Positions 1 to 14,991 of a stretch of 64,000 nt of DNA are shown here, in pieces. Below the pieces are notes generated by a model, which worked only from the letters and a program-made list of their open reading frames with translations, was not told the origin of the DNA and searched no databases. Source of the stretch: Octopus vulgaris. Taxonomy: Eukaryota. The translations under genes were made by a program, and so were the position numbers. The stretch spans positions 62,186,001-62,250,000 of the forward strand of contig OX597831.1 in assembly GCA_951406725.2 (NCBI GenBank), in the 5' to 3' direction. Each line of letters opens with the position of its first letter. Position 1 is the stretch's first letter.

Positions 1-240
1 TGAGTAAGTATCTCATTTATTTCTTTGAAACATTTATCACTGATGTAGGGAGGGTTCTTACGAACTAACCCTGAAATCGGTCCGATATGGTAATAATGGA
101 ATTTTTTAGAAATTTGTGTCGGCTTTTTTTCGTGTAGCGTGCGTATTGGGAAAAATTATATGATTATGGATAATATGTCCAATTTTCGCCGTATTTGGCA
201 TTAGAGATTTTTTCGTTTGCCCTTATTTATAAGTTGTATA
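1..240 (+). mobile_element. Hammerhead-bearing non-coding repeat, family F1 (partial; same family as 9270-9712)
   Basis: 31-236 aligns with 9531-9712; hammerhead-like motif TATCA-CTGATGT-AGGG..CCCT-GAAA-TCG-GTC-CGATA at 35-87 (A9 mutated). Confidence 0.7.
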
Positions 241-420
241 TATAAACATATAAACACCTATAAAAGCTCACAGCTCTTCGACCAGTAACTAATTTGATAG
301 ATACCAACGCATGAAACTATCGAACCTTGGATCACTCTGTTACTTGTGGTAAATATTAATAGAAATATGCAATAATAATTTACAATGACACACTTTTTGT
401 TCAATCTTTTTTTATTTCAC

Positions 421-527
<107 letters not shown>

Positions 528-583
528 TATATAGGAGCACAGACGCAAATACATCTCTCTCTCTCCCTCTCGCTCTCCCTCCA

Positions 584-617
<34 letters not shown>

Positions 618-1323
618 AACATAATTAGCTTATTCACATGAACATTAGGTTAATAAAAATATGCTTATGCATATACTAACTTTCTGACAAAAACTGAGAA
701 AGGCTAAAGCACTAAAGATGTCTCCTTGGGAATCCGTTAGCGGAATGCACTGGTCAGATATTGCAAATATTACCGCAATAAAGAATTTATAACTACGGTA
801 ATTGTAGTGCATTAACGTTAAGAGGTTAGAATAGGTCACAGACTTATTTTAACTCACCTAAACCTCATTTAATCTTCATCAGTGCTTGTCGCATATGTGT
901 GTGCGTATGAGTGTGTGTGTGTGTGTTTGTGTGAGTGTGTGTGTACTTGTACGTGTGCGTGTATGGATATTTGTCTATACATGTTTTCAAATAATTTATT
1001 CGAAAAATTTTTTTGTGGGGACATTTTATCCGAGTGGGAACCAGTTTTGCGCTATTATCGATTGATAATTCAGGTTAACGTTTCTGTGCTTATGTACTAA
1101 TGTTTGTCGTTAATTACTTTGATCATTCTTAGTACTTTTCACTTCCGAAAATCCAATTCTCCCTACAAAGACTTCATTTTTTCGATATAGGAAAAATAAT
1201 TAATTCTTCAAGGAAAACAGAGTATACACATAGATATTCACTTTTTAATTATTGTGCAGTCAATGTGACTACACAATGATTAAAAAGTGAATATCTATGT
1301 GTATTCTCTGTTTTCTTTAAACT

Positions 1324-1369
<46 letters not shown>

Positions 1370-1370
<1 letters not shown>

Positions 1371-2645
1371 TAGCAGAGATACCCAGCGTTGCCCGGTTAC
1401 ATTCAATAGAAGAATTAGACTTTTCTGTTATATATATATATATGGATACACACACATACACACACACACAAATATATGTATGTTAATATAAATACATGAA
1501 AGTACATGAAGTTTGTTAAAAAAGGGGATCATGTATATACCTCCTGGCTGTTGAGATTATAACACCTCGTTGTAATCAATGTTCCTTGTTTTTCCTTGTG
1601 GAGCATATACAAAAAGGTTTCTTTTGGTTCCTACTCTTGAGCAGCCAACATACAGTTGCCTATGCGAGAAGCAGGGATCTTCAGAGAAGACCAGCTACAG
1701 AGAGGGTTTGGCCCTGAGATTTGTTAATGGACATGGCAAAGCTGACACGAAGGAGGAATTGCAGTCTTCTGAATGTAAAGGGAATTTCTGCTCCTGATGG
1801 AGTAAGAGGAAATCTTGGAATAAAGACGTCATCACCTTTTCCACATCCAGAAGAATGATCGCCTCGATAACGTGTAATATCATTTTCTTTATCACCAGTC
1901 GTGCTACATTGCAAAGTCTTGGTGGTTCCAGATTGCGGAGTAGCATTACAGGAGTTCCAACTTTAAGTGGTAATATGTGTGGAGGTAGTCGAGGAGGGCT
2001 CCAGTGAATTGAGAAATTCAGGAGGATAGTTCACAACTTCATTTATATCTGGAATTGTATCAACAGACTTGTAAGTGTGTATAGTGCCGGGAAGAGAATG
2101 CATTAGCAGTTGATTAATTTTGTTATCAGCGACGTTTTTTGGAGCTAATATTGCTCTTTCACACCGCCAATTGTGATTTTGGTAGTTTTGTGTGAAGTTG
2201 GGAAAGACTTTGTTTTTGAGGTCATCTACAGAATTAACAACAGAAGAAAATGACCACACTTCCATTTGTTCTGCAGCATCGAGAGGCAACTTGCCATCAC
2301 CAAATGTCAAAATGTCCTGTGCAAACTTTGTCTACATTTTGTCGCCGTGTAGCTGAGCTCTCATGTTAGTGGTGAGACTAAAGATTGTAACATGATGCCA
2401 CAGGGTAGAGGACTTTAGGCATGCTTGAACTTCATCAGCTCTAGTGCCTTTCGGAATGACAGGAAGAGTTGCCTGAAATCACCTGACAACAGAAGCGTTA
2501 CACCTCCCATTGGAGCCTGACTGTCTCGGATGTCTTTCAGGGCTCTATCTAATGCTTCCAAAGCTCCCTTGTGAGCCATAGTGCACTCATCCCAGACAAT
2601 TACATAACACATTTTAAGTACTTGTTCCTGATCTGAAGAGACATT
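1370..2645 (-). mobile_element. Helitron 3' part with disrupted PIF1-family helicase
   Basis: Frameshifted ORF pieces with Helitron helicase motifs (VIVWDECTMAHK, LLLSGDFRQ, ERAILAPKN, MLLRNL..RLCN, RLQF..VSFAMSINKSQGQTL); minus-strand 3' end CCGGGCAACGCTGGG hairpin followed by CTAG at 1370-1373 next to (TA)n. Confidence 0.9.
1579..2640 (-). pseudogene. PIF1-like DNA helicase pseudogene of Helitron RepHel
   Basis: ORFs 2415-2612, 1963-2310, 1695-1946 and 1681-1914 are consecutive frameshifted parts of the helicase C-terminus. Confidence 0.9.
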
Positions 2646-2649
2646 TCTT

Positions 2650-2840
2650 ATAGTAGGAGAAATAGCTAAATTCTTTGGCTGCTATTTCTAAAGATTCGGT
2701 GTGTGGTAAAGTAAATTTTTTTTGCTGAACCCTAATTATATAAAGTAATGTTTAAATATACCGTAAATGGTCCTTTTACGTATTGAACACTGCTTGGCAA
2801 AATTATTAATTACTAATTAATTAATTTTACCCTTATTATT
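2650..2840. mobile_element. Fragment of terminal module shared with hammerhead elements F7 and F9
   Basis: Similar to 38501-38697, 39069-39260 and 32262-32445 (AGAAATAGC..GCTATTTCT hairpin, ends TTAATTTTACCCT before a microsatellite). Confidence 0.7.
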
Positions 2841-2846
2841 ATATAT

Positions 2847-3185
<339 letters not shown>

Positions 3186-3198
3186 CTTGCAGAAGCTA

Positions 3199-3924
3199 CG
3201 TAAAGTATACTAGCTATCTCAATATGGCTAACCACTAAGAGTGGGTGTTACTGAAGCTTTTTAGCCCCAGGAGATCATCGTCTCCAGCTGGCTTTAGACA
3301 AACTTTCTGTGTCCTTATGATATTCGCAAAGGAAGGTCATCCCCTCTCGTAAACCTAAGTGATACGCACGGACTATAGTTTCGAGGTTTTTGCCTGTCGT
3401 CAACGTACGGTAATCACCGGTTTTCGATGAGGAGAGACCTGTTTGCGAATAGCTATTTAATGTTTTTCCCAGTAACTTCCGTCACTGATTTCGAAAAACT
3501 GTCTGAAAGCAATAATAAATCTCTGAACGAGATGTAAACAGTAACCGTTCGACAGCGTAAAGTATATTAGTTATCACAATATGGCTAACCACTAGGGGTG
3601 GGTGTTACTGAAGCTTTTAGCCCCAGGAGATCATCGTCTGCAGCTGGCTTTAGACACACTTTCTGTGCCCTTATGATATTCGCAAAGGGAGGTCATCCCC
3701 TCTCGTAAACCTAAGTGATACGCACGGATTATAGTTTCGAGGTTTTTGCGAATATCATAAGAGTACAGAAAGTGTGTCTAAAGCCAGCTGGAGACGATGA
3801 TCTCCTGGGGCTAAAAGCTTCAGTACCACCCACTCTTAGTGGTTAGCCATATTGAGATGGTAAGTACACTTTACGTTGTCGAGCGGTTACTGTTTACATC
3901 TCGTTCAGAGATTTATTATTGCTT
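3199..3924 (-). mobile_element. Partial tandem plus fold-back element with hammerhead, family F3
   Basis: Direct repeat 3199-3392 / 3556-3748 (period 357); inverted arms about 3508-3686 / 3744-3924; minus-strand GTACG-TTGACGA-cAGG..CCTc-GAAAC-TATA-GTC-CGTGC at 3365-3409. Confidence 0.8.
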
Positions 3925-3942
3925 ATATATATATATATATAT

Positions 3943-4555
3943 AATAAATATTAGGGAATAAATCCAAATTTCCAAGGAAAAATCAGATTTAAGATTGAAT
4001 CCAATTTTATAGTAAAATATTATATTATATCAAATTAGAGACAAAATCACTATTATGCTTTGTATAATATTATGGTTATTCATATGTTAAATTTTAATTT
4101 ATATAAATTATTTTATGTATTGGCTTAAGTCTTTCTTTGTTTGATTTGCATAATAGTGGTTTTGTCTCTAATTTAATATAATATAATATATATATATAAT
4201 ATATATATATATATATAATATTAATTAGAGAAAAACCACTATTGTCAAATCAAAGAAAGACTAATCCAATACATAAAATTTTTTATATATTTTATATAAA
4301 TTAAATAAAATTAAATTCGCCACTACAATTGTTTCGTGTCTCTTCTAAGGACATTTATCAGGTGGTTTTCAAATCTTCTATTCAATTTTAAGTTATATAA
4401 AAATTTTATGTATTGGATTAAGTCTTTCTTTGTTTGATTTGCACAATAGTGGTTTTGTCTCTAATTAATATTATATAATATTTTACTATAAAATTGGATT
4501 CAATCATAAATCTGATTTTTCCCTGTAAATTTGGATTTATTCCCTAATATTTATT

Positions 4556-4557
<2 letters not shown>
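3943..4557 (-). mobile_element. Nested inverted-repeat element with degenerate hammerhead, family F4
   Basis: Outer arms about 3943-4055 / 4445-4557, inner arms about 4215-4290 / 4395-4475; minus CCAC-CTGATAA-aTGTC..GACAc-GAAAC-AATT-GTA-GTGG at 4320-4365; (TA)n on both sides. Confidence 0.75.
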
Positions 4558-4638
<81 letters not shown>

Positions 4639-5293
4639 GAATGTATACATATACGTATATAAAAAGGGAAAATTTGATATAAATATCATTATCTATGCTC
4701 TCTATCCGTGTTATATAAACATACTGGAACTTTCGTCTGCGGATGATGATGGCAAAAATGAATAACAATATACAAAGCATCTATTTCTCTCGATGTCAAT
4801 CTCTTCTCTATGCATTACAATAACGTTGAATTAAAATATGTGAACAACCTCTTCAGATAAATTTCAGAATACTAAATGCCTATTCGATACAAACACCCTA
4901 AGCGTGGTTTACTTTAAAGAACAAGAAACAGATAGTTATTCGCAAGAAGAACTGAAAATTTATCAGCTGGACGAAAACCGAAAGTATGAAAATTGGGGTA
5001 AACATTACGTAACACACCAAATTAAGAAATCCTGTTACTGTCCATATGGGCTTAACGTAAAGTTTCTATAATGACAGAAAATATAGTACTCGTTTTGATA
5101 CCTAAATTATAATTGCTACATGTTTGAAGCCATTTTTTATCAATAGCAGCCGCTGTATGATGGTCAGATATTGGACCTGACTATCTAATCGATTAATTCT
5201 CTCGCGTAACAGAATTTATTAACATTCTTACAATGCAAAATCGCTTCAGTGTTTGAATGAACTTTCGCAAAAGTAACTTAGCTGTTACTTAGC

Positions 5294-5398
<105 letters not shown>

Positions 5399-5945
5399 TC
5401 AGGTTCGTAGACGAAAGTAGCACAAGTTGCTATACTTCGATCCATTTTCCGGTAGATATATGGTTGAAAATAAACATGTAAACCTCAGTTTTAATGTAAA
5501 TTTTCTAAGAATTATCCGTAAGAGACGGGGAGGAATTCAACAAATGCGAGTAAATTTGCACCATTACTTATAATTCTTACCGAAGATAATGAGAGGTGGT
5601 TGAAAATATTTTCATAAATAGAATAAATACTATGAAGTTTATCTGGAAGATAACTAACACACTTACATTTATGATTATTTCTACGCAAAAGTAAAAATGG
5701 AAACTTTTCATCTCATTTCAACCAAAAGAATATAAGGAAGATGACATGTTATGCACTCACACAGATATATGAATGTACGCACATATGTGACATGCACCTG
5801 GCTGATTTTTTGCTAAAGAAGTTCACTTCAAACCCACGTGGTTCCGACCATGATTATTGTCCCTGCTTTGTACAAGGGACATGTGTCTCCTACGAGAACC
5901 TTATTTTTTTGTTGCTTCTTTTTTTAATGTTCCCATTATTTCCAA

Positions 5946-6360
5946 GGATCTTTTCGGTTTGACCGGCAGTTTTTTAAAAATAATTTCCACGTAACTAAAC
6001 ACTTTTAAACTTCGAATGTGTTTATAAAACATCTTTTTCTCTTGGCTTTATTGAGAAAATTCTATAGTTTGTAAGATATTTGTTGTTTTTTTCTTCAATT
6101 TCTGCAATTTCAACTAATCACTGACGTCCATTGAGGTGAAAACATTTTGTGCCGTATGAATATGTCTTTCGTTTAAGAAACAGATTGGGTCTATTTACAT
6201 TTCTGAAGAAAAACAGATATTCTTCCACCCATCCCTAACTATAACCCTAACCCTAAAACAGATTGAAATACAATAGATCGATACTAGGGTCATAATTATG
6301 GGTGACAATTTCATATGACACCGCTAGATAAAATGCCGTTCAAATCGGCATTTTAGACCC
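5946..6360. mobile_element. Non-autonomous DNA transposon (MITE-like) with short CCCTAA motifs
   Basis: Imperfect terminal inverted repeats GGATCTTTTCGGTTTGACCGGCAGTTTT and AAAATGCCGTTCAAATCGGCATTTTAGACCC; CCCTAA units at about 6233-6255. Confidence 0.55.
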
Positions 6361-6785
6361 TTTCCAATGTTCATGCCAGCATCTATGATACTTTGTTCGC
6401 GATATGTAGATTCCTCTACTTCATATAAGGCAAATGAAGAAAACTGCGTGCTGTCAATTCAGTTCAGGCAAAGGAAATCCAATAAAACTATGCAAGTTGT
6501 ATCTGCATCACGTCGGCTGTGGCAAATTCAAACCAATAATCGAAATAAAGTGTGAGCGTCACGTGTTTTCTCGCTCGCTCTTAGGGCGCGGGAACAGTTA
6601 AGTGGAATATCGAAGATGCTTGAAACCGAGAGAACACAAAAAAAATTTGAAACGGAAATTTTCCGTTATATTCGAACTCCTGATCAACTTCTTAGTAAGG
6701 AAATATTTACGTATTATACAATTATATTTCACTCCAAATATACACCATTTGTCTTATTTAGCAAAAATCTTTCTGCTCTCCCCCC

Positions 6786-6998
6786 CTTCTTCTTCTTCTT
6801 CTTCTTCTTCTTCTTCTTCTTCTTCTTCTGCTCCTGCTCCTCCTCCTTCTCCTCCTCCTTCCTTCTTCTTCTTCTGCTCTTCCTCCTCCTCCTCCTCTTT
6901 ATTCTTCTTCTTCTCCTTCTTCTTCTTCTTCTTCTTCTTCTTTATCTTCTTTATCTTTTTCTTCATTTTCCTCTTCTTCTCCTTCTTCTTCTTCTTCT

Positions 6999-7045
<47 letters not shown>

Positions 7046-7386
7046 TTCTCCTTCTTCTTTTTCTTCTTTATCTTCTTCTTCTTTTTCATTTCCTTCTTCT
7101 TCATCTTCTTTATCTTCTTCTTCTTTATTTTCTTCTTCTTCATTTTCTTTTTCTTCATTGTCTTCTTCTTCTTCTTCTTCTTCTTCTTCTCCTTCCTCTT
7201 CTTCTTCTTCCTTCTTCTTCTTTTTCTTCTTTATCTTCTTCTTCTTTTTCATTTCCTTCTTCTTCATCTTCTTTATCTTCTTCATTTTCTTCTTCTTCAT
7301 TTTCTTTTTCTTCATTTTCTTCTTCTTCTTCTTCTTCATTTTCTTCTTCTTCTTCTTCTTCTTCTTCTTCTTCTTCTTCTTCTTCT

Positions 7387-7419
<33 letters not shown>

Positions 7420-7442
7420 TCATCAACATTATCATCATCATG
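6786..7442. repeat. Compound (CTT)n/(CCT)n/(TCG)n/(TCA)n microsatellite with higher-order variant units
   Basis: Direct inspection; source of poly-F/S/L/K/E spurious ORFs. Confidence 0.95.
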
Positions 7443-7730
7443 AATCACAGGCAAAAATCTGTAAACAGTCATAATAGCGACTCGATTCTTAAGAAGTATT
7501 TAGAATTTCTGCTTACTCATATTACCACATAGTACGAAATTATTCAGTGATCTAAGAACAATGGAATAATAACGCAGTCAGAATGTTGGAGGATTATATA
7601 TATTTTATTTACATTTTATGTACACTTTAAGCGCTTTCTTCCGTTATCGGATTTATCAAAACATTTTGATAAACAAAAGTATATATCATCACGTGACATT
7701 CTGACTACATTATTATTCTAAATATATATC

Positions 7731-8325
<595 letters not shown>

Positions 8326-8380
8326 TAATTCCTCATGTCTTAAATATAAAACTATATGTCCGTACATCACTTCAAACTCA

Positions 8381-8414
<34 letters not shown>

Positions 8415-8939
8415 GCCGCCATTCACGCGTTGTAATCAATGGGAATGCAATAGGGGGAATTAAGAAGCTTTAACTGGGGGATAAGGGAGGCGCAAACATT
8501 CTTGGACAAGGACTTTTGATTCTCTCCGGTGGTATGGCAAAGAGTCGAATCCTGCTGCTACACATATGACCTTCCAGCTGTAACTATCACCAGCTATTTC
8601 CTTCACTAAAACTCAGAGTCCCTTGCTTGAATCTTCCATCTCATTTTCCTGCATTTTATGGATGACACCCAGCATGAGGTCGCAGGCATGGCACTTGCTG
8701 GCTACGGCTTTGCAATATCTGTGGCAGCTGTCTATGTCTAGTCTTACAGCCTCTACAGTGTTCACAGATTTCGGTAATAGTCATGACGTCGGCATTTTGA
8801 TACCCGGTGCAAATAATTATGATGCAGATAACAAATTTTCCAATATTCTAGTACTTCCCGTCGACTACAGTCAACTTCAGTCATAATGTTTACCAATACA
8901 TCAGACAATTCCTGAAAAAAAGAATTGAGCAAGAACGCC

Positions 8940-8941
<2 letters not shown>
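8415..8941 (-). mobile_element. Tc1/mariner-superfamily transposase remnant
   Basis: Minus strand reads QQDSTLCHT (WQQDSAPCHT-like) then a degenerate P..SPD..P.DY..W motif; ends at (TA)n. Confidence 0.55.
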
Positions 8942-9023
<82 letters not shown>

Positions 9024-9124
9024 TGTATATATTTATATATATATTTACATATATATATATATATATAACTATATATAAACATATATATACATTTATATAT
9101 ATATATAAATATATATATAAATAC

Positions 9125-9172
<48 letters not shown>

Positions 9173-9269
9173 TTATATATATATATATTTATATATATAT
9201 ATATATATATATAAAAGTAAACGTCGAGCATAAAATAGCTTCTCTCGCGCGATGATATATATATATATC

Positions 9270-9712
9270 TAATGTAGGATAAATTTTTTTCGAAAAAAAA
9301 ATGTTATCAATGGCCAGCATATTAAAAAATACCTTTAAAGGTTAAATTATAAACAACTCATAAATAAGGGCAAACGAAAAAAAATTTATGCCAAACATGC
9401 CGAGAATTGGACATATTGTCCATTTACCTTATAATTTTTTTTCCCAGTACGCACGCTACTCGAAAAAAGGTCGACAGAAATCTCTAAAAAATTCCATTAT
9501 TACCATATCGGACCGATTTACTTCTTTGCTACATGTATCACTGACGAAGGGAGGGTTCTTTTTGAACTAACCCTGAATTCGGTCCGATATGGTAATAATG
9601 GAATTTTTTAGAGATTTCTGTCGACCTTTTTTCGAGTAGCGTGCGTACTAGAAAAATTATATGGTAAATGGACAATATGTCCAATTTTCGGCATGTTTGG
9701 CATTATAAGTTG
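9270..9712 (+). mobile_element. Fold-back element with hammerhead in loop, family F1
   Basis: Inverted arms about 9350-9519 / 9576-9712; TATCA-CTGACGA-AGGG(agGGTTC..GAACtaa)CCCT-GAAT-TCG-GTC-CGATA at 9536-9589; between (TA)n tracts. Confidence 0.75.
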
Positions 9713-9749
9713 TATATATATATATATATATGGCATGTATTTGTCAACG

Positions 9750-10200
9750 AATCTCCACTTGATTGCATATTGTGACTAACGATGTACAAACATGTAGCTG
9801 TGGCTACGATATCGCCCGAGATTCCACGAGTATGAGCAGGTGTAGTCGCCGTTTATCAGATTCACATTATTTTAGCTCACTCTTGAACAGGATAGGCCAG
9901 TCAATAGCGAAGGGCTTACGTCTTGTAATTTATGCATGTAGGCGTCCGGTGGGTGAACTGAACCGTGATGTCCTTTTCCCAAATGGCAGAAACGCACTGG
10001 TGGGCTGCTGAAGACCTGGGCTACGACGATCAAGGAGGACCGCTCCGTGCTCACTATCTGGCTCGCTGTCTCCAGTGAACTGGCACAGGACCGTCGTGCG
10101 TGGGCTGCCATGGTTCTAGATGCCTCGAGGGTGGTAGAAGAAACCAACTCAATCCGCCCAGGGTGAATGTCGCCAGAAGTACAAGTACAAGTAAAGTAAT
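9750..10200 (+). mobile_element. RTE-clade LINE 3' end
   Basis: KTWATTIKED..ELAQDRRAWAAMV-type C-terminal peptide and (CAAGTA)n tail at about 10175-10199. Confidence 0.7.
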
Positions 10201-11281
10201 CAGGGTTATTGGAAATGTCGCTGGCTAGGTCTTCCCGATATGTAAGCAGAGCGACGAAACCGTTCAGTTCACATTTTAACATAATGTTGTTGTTATATAA
10301 CACTGAGGACATTGCACTCATTTCCTGAATGATAGTGAATGAAAATTGATAAATGAATGTCTATCTATCATTAACGATATATTATCAGAAGTCGGAAAAA
10401 ATCAATAGAGTTGAATAATAATGGGAATTGTTGTTAGTTTCTTCGCTATTAATTCAGGACACACTGAGACGTCGTTTCCTTTCATTCAAACGAGTGAACC
10501 ATGGCGTCTGTATGTGGATAGCCAATGACAATATCAGAAAAAATATCCTTCAAGTTACATCCTATTGTCTTAAGAAAGAAGACATCAGATAATGTAGTCC
10601 ATGGCTCACTGTAAATGGAAATCATTAATAGCAATATTGCAATATATTTCTCCATATGTCTGCTCAGTCAGGGCCGACATGCGGCGAAACAACACAAGAA
10701 ACAACTACAAACAAAATTTGAGAAAAGGAATGATTCAATTGTTTCGTTGTTGGCAACTAAATAGGAAAAAAAATCTATAATCACAACAACGCGTCCGGTG
10801 CTGCATATGAAAATACACTAAATTTTCTCGTTAATATTGTCTAGAGAATTTCAATAGTGTTTGTAAATATATGGAAGGAAAATTTAATTAGTATATAGAA
10901 CAGTCCTTTTTGTTCTCTTTAATTATATAAGACAGTATTAAGTGGCGTACAGTGATAAATACTGCTGAATGAAGAAAGTAAAAGAACAAACAGTTATTAG
11001 AAATTTCTGAAGTAATTATTTCCACGCCGAGAGAAAGAAAAAAAAGAAACGCTATATCTGCTGGGCACAGAAAGTGTGTATCTATGCATATGTGTGGGTG
11101 TCTGCATACACAAATATACACGCATACACACACGTACACACACATATATATATATATATATATACACACATATGTATATATATATATACACATATATATG
11201 TATATGTATTTAAGTTTACATGCACACACGCTTACACACACAGGCACACAAGCTCACACACACATATTCACACACATATCC

Positions 11282-11355
<74 letters not shown>

Positions 11356-11689
11356 CATGCACAAATTGTATGAGGTTGTGTGTCCTCTGTGTGAGTGTGT
11401 ATGTGTGTGTGTGTGTGTGAGTGTTTCTGAATGCGGGTATGTTACTTGATCTTCCGATCACGCGTGCGTTTAAGTGTATGTTTATTTAATGAATAGAGAT
11501 TCAACGAAATTATTTTCTAGTAAGATTGTTTGATTGTTTGTTGATCTTGAGATAAAAAATATAAGAAAAATATTAAAAAAAAACTTTTAAATAGATGAAA
11601 CAATTAAATAAGATGAACAAAGCAGAAGTAGAATGGTGTGTGTGTGAGAGTGTGTTGGTGGTTGTGAGTTGTACAAGGGCGTGTGTGTA

Positions 11690-11690
11690 T

Positions 11691-11767
<77 letters not shown>

Positions 11768-11811
11768 CATCTATCTATCTATCTATCTATCTAAATACCT
11801 ATCTATCTAAA

Positions 11812-11871
<60 letters not shown>

Positions 11872-11956
11872 AATCTATCTATCTATCTATTTATGTATCT
11901 ATCTACCTATCTATCTATTTATCTATCTAACTATCTATCTATGTATCTATCCATCC

Positions 11957-11989
<33 letters not shown>

Positions 11990-11991
11990 CC

Positions 11992-12022
<31 letters not shown>

Positions 12023-12085
12023 CTACCTATCTATCTATCTAAATATCTATCTATCTAACTATCTACCTATCTATCTATCTACCTA
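11690..12085. repeat. Degenerate (TATC)n microsatellite
   Basis: Direct inspection. Confidence 0.95.
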
Positions 12086-12130
12086 CTTGTCTGTTTGTCT
12101 CTTAGTTTCTCTCTCTCTCTCTCCCTCTCA

Positions 12131-12214
<84 letters not shown>

Positions 12215-12759
12215 CCATATGCGTATGTATATTAGTATAAATCTGTTTTATTGTTATTGGGCGTGAGAACTGGTACGCCTACAGATCAATATTTGCGTAA
12301 TAAGTTTGGACAAGCCGGAATTTAGTATACTTAGATATCGGCTATCGTTACATTATCTAACTTGGAAAACTGGCGGGTAGATTAGCTCAATCAATCCCTA
12401 ACCGCAGCTAAATTACACTCATCAATATTAATGACTCATTCTGTAAGAATTCATTTAGATAATGTAAGCAATCTAAATATTGCCCTTTCAACGACGAAGG
12501 CAGCAGCTGACGGACAGCTTGAGTGGAGAGAGAATAAGGCTGTTGTTGAAACATGGCTGGCTGTTGTCTCATATGCATAAACTGTTGAATGTACATACGA
12601 GATTGTGAACAATGGAAATACAACGCGTTACTTGCATAGACAGATTTAGAGTGAAACTGAGAAGAAAGAAGAGAGAAAACTGTTAATAACAGATGCAAAG
12701 AGAGAGAGAGAGAGAGAGAGAGAGCGCAAGAGATACAGAGAAAGTGAGGGAGGGATATT

Positions 12760-12845
<86 letters not shown>

Positions 12846-13196
12846 GAGAGAGTATAAAGGAAGCGATGATTAAAGACGAAAGAAACGACAATTAGATGTA
12901 AAAGAGATAAAAGAAAAAGAAAGGAAATTTGGTTGATTTGAAGACTGGTTGGTATTGTTTTCATAAGCTTAATATGGAAGCTATCCCAGATCGCTGACAG
13001 GACATGTATTTGATAACAACATCAAGTAGATTGGAAAGAAAAGCGAGCAAAATATATCGCTTTTAGCATTCTGCGACGTTGATGCTGCTATGAAAGAATT
13101 GTAAAAGCGGTGTTAGCAGGCAATCAGTGTGTGGCTCTGCAGACAAAGAAGGAAGATTGGAAGGTTTACAAGTATTGAGATACCAAAATAGGTGTG

Positions 13197-13262
<66 letters not shown>

Positions 13263-14991
13263 ACAGGGTAGACGTGTACTAAGCCCACGGGATTTTAAAT
13301 AATGTGAAGCAGTTTCAAGCTGTTATTAAAGATATGTGTGGTGTGGTGGTGGTGGTGGTGGTGGTGGTGTGTGTGTGTGTGTGTGTTTGTGTATGTGTGT
13401 ATTTTTGTGCATATAGTTTGCTGTACGACTACTACGGGTACCTTTAGTATTACACGTCACTACCATCATCCAATTTACGTCTCGGCAGAATTTTGTGAGT
13501 ACTACTGTACTCAGTACTGTTAAACAATACCTTGGAACATCACTGAAAAATGCCTTCTCTTGGTGAACGACTATACACAGAATTCTCCATATATTATACA
13601 GTGTCGTGTGTGTGTGTGTGTGTGTGTGTGAGTGTGTAATGTAAATATCCCATATCAACCTTATGAATTATATTTGAAAGCCATTGTCCCTATCTTTATC
13701 CTTTTCTTTTTGATGACCTATATGTCATAGCACTGACTACATTCTGCACACATTTGGTAATTAATTATAACGCTTAGATGCTCTACAATGCTCTGCCTGT
13801 GATAATGTGCATGTTGTTATTACGTATGTAATATCAGTGACAATAAATTAGATGTTTCGGCGTACATAGAGCTTATTTGAATAGACGTATTTGAATAGGC
13901 TCGACAACACTTCAAAGTCTCTTATCGTGAAATTATTATCAATAGCAAACTCTACATGTGCACTGAGTTATGTTTGATGTTTTCATGCACATGAGAAAAA
14001 ACCCCACTAAGTTTTAATATGTGTGTCTCTATATTTATATGTTTCTATATGTTTCTGTAAATATGCCTTTGTGTGTGCGTGTAAAGTTTGTATTCTTCTA
14101 TATATGTATGCTGGTACGTGTGAATGCATACATGTGTCTATGTATGAGTAAAAATCGATGTGTCTCGGGGACTAGTGGCTCTCGATTCAAAAAGCGATTC
14201 GACAAATATAGATTGATGAAATAAATACCTGAGTAACACGTGTGCTAGGTTCGATATTATTGACTATAAACCCTGGAAGGTGACACAAAAGCCTGACTAC
14301 AGCCAAATGGCAGTTGCGAATAAAAGAATATATATATATATGCTTGTTGGCGCATGTTGTTCACTTAAGTGCAATATTGAATCGAGGTAATGAATATGAG
14401 CGGTGAAGTTCAAAGGCTATTACTAAACAGAATCACTTTCAATATTAGTTTTACCTGCATTTCAACAGTTTTCTGAAAGCAATACAGTGAGATAAAATAT
14501 TGATAATAGTTTCACAATAGTCTGTTTACATGAAGCATACAGTGTTAATGAAATTATGAAGTCGCCATTCATATATGAATATTTCTGCATGGCTTTCGAA
14601 TCCAATGTTATATATAATTATTGGTTAATTTTTCCGTTGAAACATAAAACAGAAATGCGTCAGAATAATTACAGAACCTCAATAATAAAGTTCGTAGATA
14701 ACTGAATAATCTTTCTTTGGTCCGAGTTAATATTTGTTTCATTTACTACTCCACTGTCAATAATATTTGGTGTACGAACCGGCCAAAATTCCTACAATAA
14801 TAGAGACGACTATTCTGATAAATTCATATAATGGTCGATATTCTTATATATGAAATAGATTGTTTCGTATCTTATAACGTATGCCAGAAGTTTAGATGCA
14901 AACAAGAATAACAGATTTGATATGTGTACGAGTGTGTATGTACTTTAGTGACTGCATGGAAAAGAAACGTAATATACACATTTTTTGGATT

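Noticed and set aside
6233-6255. CCCTAA telomere-like units
   Set aside because: Only about three units inside a MITE-like element; not a telomere
6602-7532. Long ORFs (up to 290 aa) of poly-F/S/L/K/E
   Set aside because: Translations of the (CTT)n microsatellite, open in several frames on both strands
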